From: Octopus sinensis
Taxonomy: Eukaryota
Length of the DNA: 26,618 nt
Direction: 5' to 3'
Assembly (NCBI RefSeq): GCF_006345805.1
Contig: NW_021834717.1
Location: 1-26,618 of the forward strand
Under the pieces are notes generated by a model that worked only from the letters and a program-made list of their open reading frames with translations, had not been told where the DNA came from and did no database searches. Of this stretch, positions 22,079-26,618 are shown in pieces; positions within the stretch are counted from its first letter, which is position 1; the number at the start of each line of letters is the position of its first letter. The translations under genes and the position numbers were made by a program.

Positions 22079-22415
22079 GTAAGTAATCCTCTCAGCATAA
22101 CACAAAGCACACTCAACAATGTCATTCTTTATTAACGTAGTGAAAATAAACTCAGCAATTTTTTCAATCGGAGAAACTGCACGTATTCTCCTATCCATCC
22201 AAACCTCTTAACAGGAAGACTGAACTTTTATATTGCTGTCATCTACGGAGTTCACTGCTTATTAATTTGAAGTCATTAGTTGACTTTTACTAAAATTTTT
22301 ACCGAAATTTTACTGAAATCCAGCATAATCATTCTTATATAGTGCGTTAGAGTTCATTATTTACATTATTTACATTTGACGGATATTTGTCCTCATCTTG
22401 TTTGTTGTTAACACA

Positions 22416-22489
22416 CGGGCATATGGCATAGTGGTTAAGAGCGTGGGCTACTAACCCCAAGATTCCGAGTTCGATTCCAGGCAGTGACC
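22416..22489 (+). promoter_or_regulatory. tRNA-derived head with Pol III type 2 internal promoter
   Basis: A box TGGCATAGTGG (22424-34), B box GAGTTCGATTCC (22467-78), anticodon-like hairpin TGGG-CTACTAAC-CCCA. Confidence 0.8.
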
Positions 22490-22520
<31 letters not shown>

Positions 22521-22978
22521 GAGTTTGACAAGCTCAGAAAGAGTTTGACAAGCGAAAGAGTTTGACAAGCTCAGACAAGCGAAAGAGTTTGACAAGCTCA
22601 GAAAATATAAAGACCTACTCATTGAAATTGAGAAAATGTGGCATCTCAAGGCGGTTACAATACCAGTGATCGTAGGAGCACTAGGAATGATCAAGAAGGG
22701 AACCGAAAATTATATGAGAATGATCCCTGGCTTACCATCCCTGCAAGAAGTGCAAAAGATTGTCTTAACTGGTACATTACACGTATTGAGAAGAGCATTG
22801 TCGATGTGAGAACTGTTGCTTCTCATGCATTTTAATTTACTTTAAAAAAAAAAAAAAAGTGAACGAACTACTGAGTTTGGTTTAATAGGCCTACCAATAT
22901 ACACTATGAGTTTCTTTGCCCTAGGAGTCGGGAAGACCCTCGGCAAGAAAGGGAAGAAATTTGAAAGAGAAAAAAAAA

Positions 22979-22979
<1 letters not shown>
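22521..22979 (+). mobile_element. 5'-truncated R4/Dong-type (RLE-encoding) non-LTR retrotransposon inserted in (TAA)n
   Basis: RLE C-terminal coding remnant, 3' UTR and A-rich end, with (TAA)n on both sides (22490-22520 and 22980-23027). Confidence 0.8.
22582..22809 (+). pseudogene. C-terminal 75 aa of a restriction-like endonuclease domain (missed by the ORF track)
   Basis: KEFDKLRKYKDLLIEIEKMWHLKAVTIPVIVGALGMIKKGTENYMRMIPGLPSLQEVQKIVLTGTLHVLRRALSM*, with the KxxKYxDL...W....PVIVGALG and QK..L.GT...LRR motifs. Confidence 0.87.
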
Positions 22980-23014
<35 letters not shown>

Positions 23015-23085
23015 TCAATAATAATAACAACAACAACATCGAAAAATACCTTAGGAATGAGAACCTGGGTTTGAAATTTCCCCAA

Positions 23086-23131
23086 GACACCTGATGAAGG
23101 CTGGAGGGTATATCAGCCGAAACGTTGTGTT
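23086..23131 (+). ncRNA. Minimal type I hammerhead ribozyme
   Basis: Stem I GACAC/GTGTT; CTGATGA 23091-97; extra A; stem II GGCTG/CAGCC; GAAA 23119-22; palindromic ACGT; GUU triplet; predicted cut after 23126. Confidence 0.85.
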
Positions 23132-23469
23132 AACAACAAACAAGATGAGGACAAATATCCGTCAAATGTAAATAATGTACATAATTCCTCATTTCTTAAA
23201 TATAGAACTGTATGGCGTTAGAGTTGTTTCTCATTCAACTGTTGCTAAGCACCATCTAAAAGCCATACAGCTACTATTTCCTTCATATAACCGGAATCAA
23301 TTAAAATGAACAAACTTCACGTACCCTTCTGTCGTCCTTGTATAAAATTCAGGGTTGCCTCACCATTTTGTACTCACATTACTGAACAATCACGCTTGAT
23401 TTCTATGTCTGCAAAACTTTGAATATAGCAGGCTTCAGTTACAAATAGTTGCAACAACCCCACCAACTT

Positions 23470-23571
23470 ATCAATCTCCATCTCTTTTCTCTATCTATCC
23501 ATCCATCCATCTATCCATCGATCTGTCTGTCTCTCTATCCATCCATCCATCCATCCATCCATCCATCCATC

Positions 23572-23657
<86 letters not shown>

Positions 23658-23701
23658 ATATCTATCTATCTATCTATCTATCTATCTACCTACCTACCTA
23701 C

Positions 23702-23796
<95 letters not shown>

Positions 23797-23812
23797 CCTG
23801 TCTGTCTGTCTA

Positions 23813-23890
<78 letters not shown>

Positions 23891-23959
23891 ATCTATCTAT
23901 CTTTCTATCTATCTATCTATCTACCTACGTACCTACCTACCTACCTACCTATCTATCTA

Positions 23960-23996
<37 letters not shown>

Positions 23997-24000
23997 ATAT
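23470..24000. repeat. Compound (TCCA)n/(TCTA)n/(CCTA)n/(TCTG)n array
   Basis: Read directly; explains ORF 23449-24147. Confidence 0.96.
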
Positions 24001-24312
24001 CTATTTACTAATCAAACGTCTCTGTGTTGTATATGCTTTGTGTGTGTACGCGCGTGCACGCACGTGTATGCGTTTCTATATCTCTTACTTCATTTCAGGG
24101 CGCCCCCTTCAAGAATCTCACACAGTTATATCGAACCTGACACTTAATCGTGAACCGATATTAAGGATCCTGCAAGGAACATAGAACAAAGTCTAGTTGG
24201 ACATCGACAAAATGATGTCCAAAGAATATTCTGTAAGAATTCCCCAGTTCCAATCTTTTGTATAAAATTGGAAGAGATTACAACACAGCGTAATTCGCCT
24301 TGACGAGGCGAA

Positions 24313-24552
24313 TGTGTGCGTGTGCGTGTGCGTGTGCGTGTGCGTGTGCGTGTGTGTGCGTGTGTGTGTGTGTGTGTGTGTGCGTATTATATGTGTGTAC
24401 GCACTTGTTTATGCACAAGCATAAAAATAATAACGTTAACAGCAACAGTAACAAGTATAACAACATGAACAAAATGTATGTAAAAGATATTTTCTTATAT
24501 ATTTCGTGAACAAACTTAAACAATGAGGCGACAATCATCCTCATCATCATCC

Positions 24553-24588
<36 letters not shown>

Positions 24589-24622
24589 CAACCACCACCA
24601 CCACCACCACCACCACCACCAC

Positions 24623-24653
<31 letters not shown>

Positions 24654-24670
24654 GTCGTCGTCGTCGTCTT
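24313..24670. repeat. (GTGTGC)n/(GT)n and (CAT)n(CAC)n(CGT)n microsatellites
   Basis: Read directly; explains the poly-D/S/P/M ORFs. Confidence 0.9.
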
Positions 24671-24760
24671 CTTCTTTTCCTTCCTCCTCCTTCTCCGCCC
24701 ACTCTTTTCTTCTCATTATTAAGTTTACTAACAAAAATAACAATATTACTAAAAATAACA

Positions 24761-25069
24761 CACACACACACACACACACACCAATATATACATAAAAGAT
24801 GCATATATGGGTTTACATATACACATTCATTCAGTTACACATACATACATTATACACACACATATATATGGATGGGCATGTATGTACGTATACGCAAGCG
24901 TATAAGTGCGTGTCTTTGTAAGTATATACATACATATATCTGTATATATATGTATGTGTATATAGTGTGTATATAGGTGGGTAGTAAGTAGATAATACAT
25001 ATATGCACGCATAATGTGTAAACCTGTCTACCATCAATGTCATTTTCTCTATACGCATACATTCGCAGA

Positions 25070-25125
<56 letters not shown>

Positions 25126-25580
25126 CACACACACACACACACACACACATTATATATATACATACATATACATATATATACATATACACACACACAATAT
25201 ATAGTTTCCACACGCATATATACGTATACATATGTAACCACATGCATAGATTCAAATATATGCTCATGAATATGTGCGGCGCACACACATACTTACATAT
25301 ATATACATACGTACATATGTACATACATACATACATACATACATACATACATACATACATACATACATACATACATACATACATACATACATACAAGCAT
25401 ATACACACACATATATATAAATATGTATATATACATATATACACGACGCGCACACATATTTATCCAGAGTGAGAGAGAGGGAGAGAGAGAGGGAGAGAGA
25501 GAGAGAGAGGGAGAGAGAGTGAGAGAGAGAGAGAGGGAGTGAGAGAAAGTGAGAGAGAGAATGAGAGAGAAAGTGAGAGG
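24761..25580. repeat. CA/TA/CATA low-complexity tract followed by (GA)n
   Basis: Read directly. Confidence 0.9.
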
Positions 25581-25839
25581 TGTGTGTATAATTATGTAAT
25601 ACCGCTACTTACCTACAAGTTAGCTAAACTTAATAAGAAAGTTAGTCAAGTGTTACTAACCCGAAATATTCGCAGTGACCCAGAGGTCAGCTGAGACGAA
25701 AAAAGGTTTCTCCTCGTAAGACTGTTACGTGCTTTGAATCTACAAATATTCATTATGATTCAATTACGCCTTAAATACAGTGAACACTTGTGGTGTCACT
25801 AAGGTGTAGAGATATACATACATTAAATACACATAGAAA

Positions 25840-25895
25840 CACACACACATATATATGTATAAATATGCGCGCATATATACACATATATGTACATG

Positions 25896-25942
<47 letters not shown>

Positions 25943-25945
25943 TAC

Positions 25946-26002
<57 letters not shown>

Positions 26003-26220
26003 AATGCAAACATACATCTGTATATATAGACATTTTTTGTGTGTATGCATATATGCATAAATATTCATAACTAGGGATATGTGTGTAAGGATACATATAT
26101 ATGTATAGGTGTGTTTATTGTATATATATATATATATATATATATGATGTATATATATGTATATATTTATACACATATACACACAAACATATATACCCGC
26201 TTATATACTGTGTGCGTATG
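25840..26220. repeat. (TA)n-rich tract
   Basis: Read directly. Confidence 0.9.
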
Positions 26221-26618
26221 TATGCAAACATAATACAGTGCTGCCTAGCTGCCATAAAGCTATTTCTTCCAAGTAGTTTCGATACGCGACTGAATAAATT
26301 ACGTTCTCCACTATGAACTGCAGTTTTTGCTAATGCAAAAATTACTCTTTTTACCTCATAAAATTATGATATTTATTTTTAACATCCATCAAAAATGGAA
26401 GATTAATTGTTCTGTCTATGAAATATGGACGCGAAATAACTCTACTTCCGGAAAATTTCATCAGAGAAAACAACAAAGTTTCTTAACGTTGTTTTCTTTG
26501 TGGTTTACATAATCTGAATTAGAAAGTTATTTCATCTCCAAGTTTTACTCGAATAAGAGCTTTTAAACGCAAAATATTAATGTTGTAAGAAAAAATAAGT
26601 TCCCTAAAACTTTGTAAT

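Larger units (their letters stand above)
22356..23185 (+). mobile_element. tRNA-headed, hammerhead-bearing SINE-like element with 60-bp inverted terminal arms, interrupted by a LINE
   Basis: 22356-22415 is the reverse complement of 23126-23185 (59/60). tRNA head 22416-22489, then (TAA)n, then HHR 23086-23131. Confidence 0.85.

Noticed and set aside
22416-22489. Functional tRNA gene
   Set aside because: No proper acceptor stem; it runs into (TAA)n and a ribozyme tail, so it is a SINE head.
22521-22600. CRISPR-like repeat-spacer array
   Set aside because: Eukaryotic context, the spacers are not unique, and the repeats derive from the adjacent LINE coding sequence.

Overview
AT-rich, microsatellite-saturated eukaryotic non-coding DNA. 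It is most likely from an octopus or other coleoid cephalopod, judged only from my recognition of the SINE families, which I have not checked against a database. No host protein is confidently recognisable, and almost all ORFs in the supplied track are microsatellite artefacts. The main signal is not visible in the ORF track: eight type I hammerhead ribozyme (HHR) motifs, five essentially intact and three decayed, carried by six insertions of Penelope-like element (PLE) type. Three of these insertions share an architecture with an inverted terminal copy. They are a 457-bp palindrome with an intact HHR on each strand (11045-11501), a 5'-truncated GIY-YIG PLE with 206-bp inverted arms and an Asn-rich linker (16689-19669), and a tRNA-headed SINE-like element whose 60-bp inverted arm begins at the predicted HHR cleavage site (22356-23185). 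Also present are a Tx1/L1-type LINE inserted twice in one (TATC)n array, an R4/Dong-type LINE inserted in (TAA)n inside the HHR-SINE, a mariner transposase relic, many tRNA-derived SINEs including a head-to-head inverted pair, and a low-confidence set of phase-compatible plus-strand exons at 21.6-22.3 kb. Coordinates were counted by hand; repeat boundaries are approximate.
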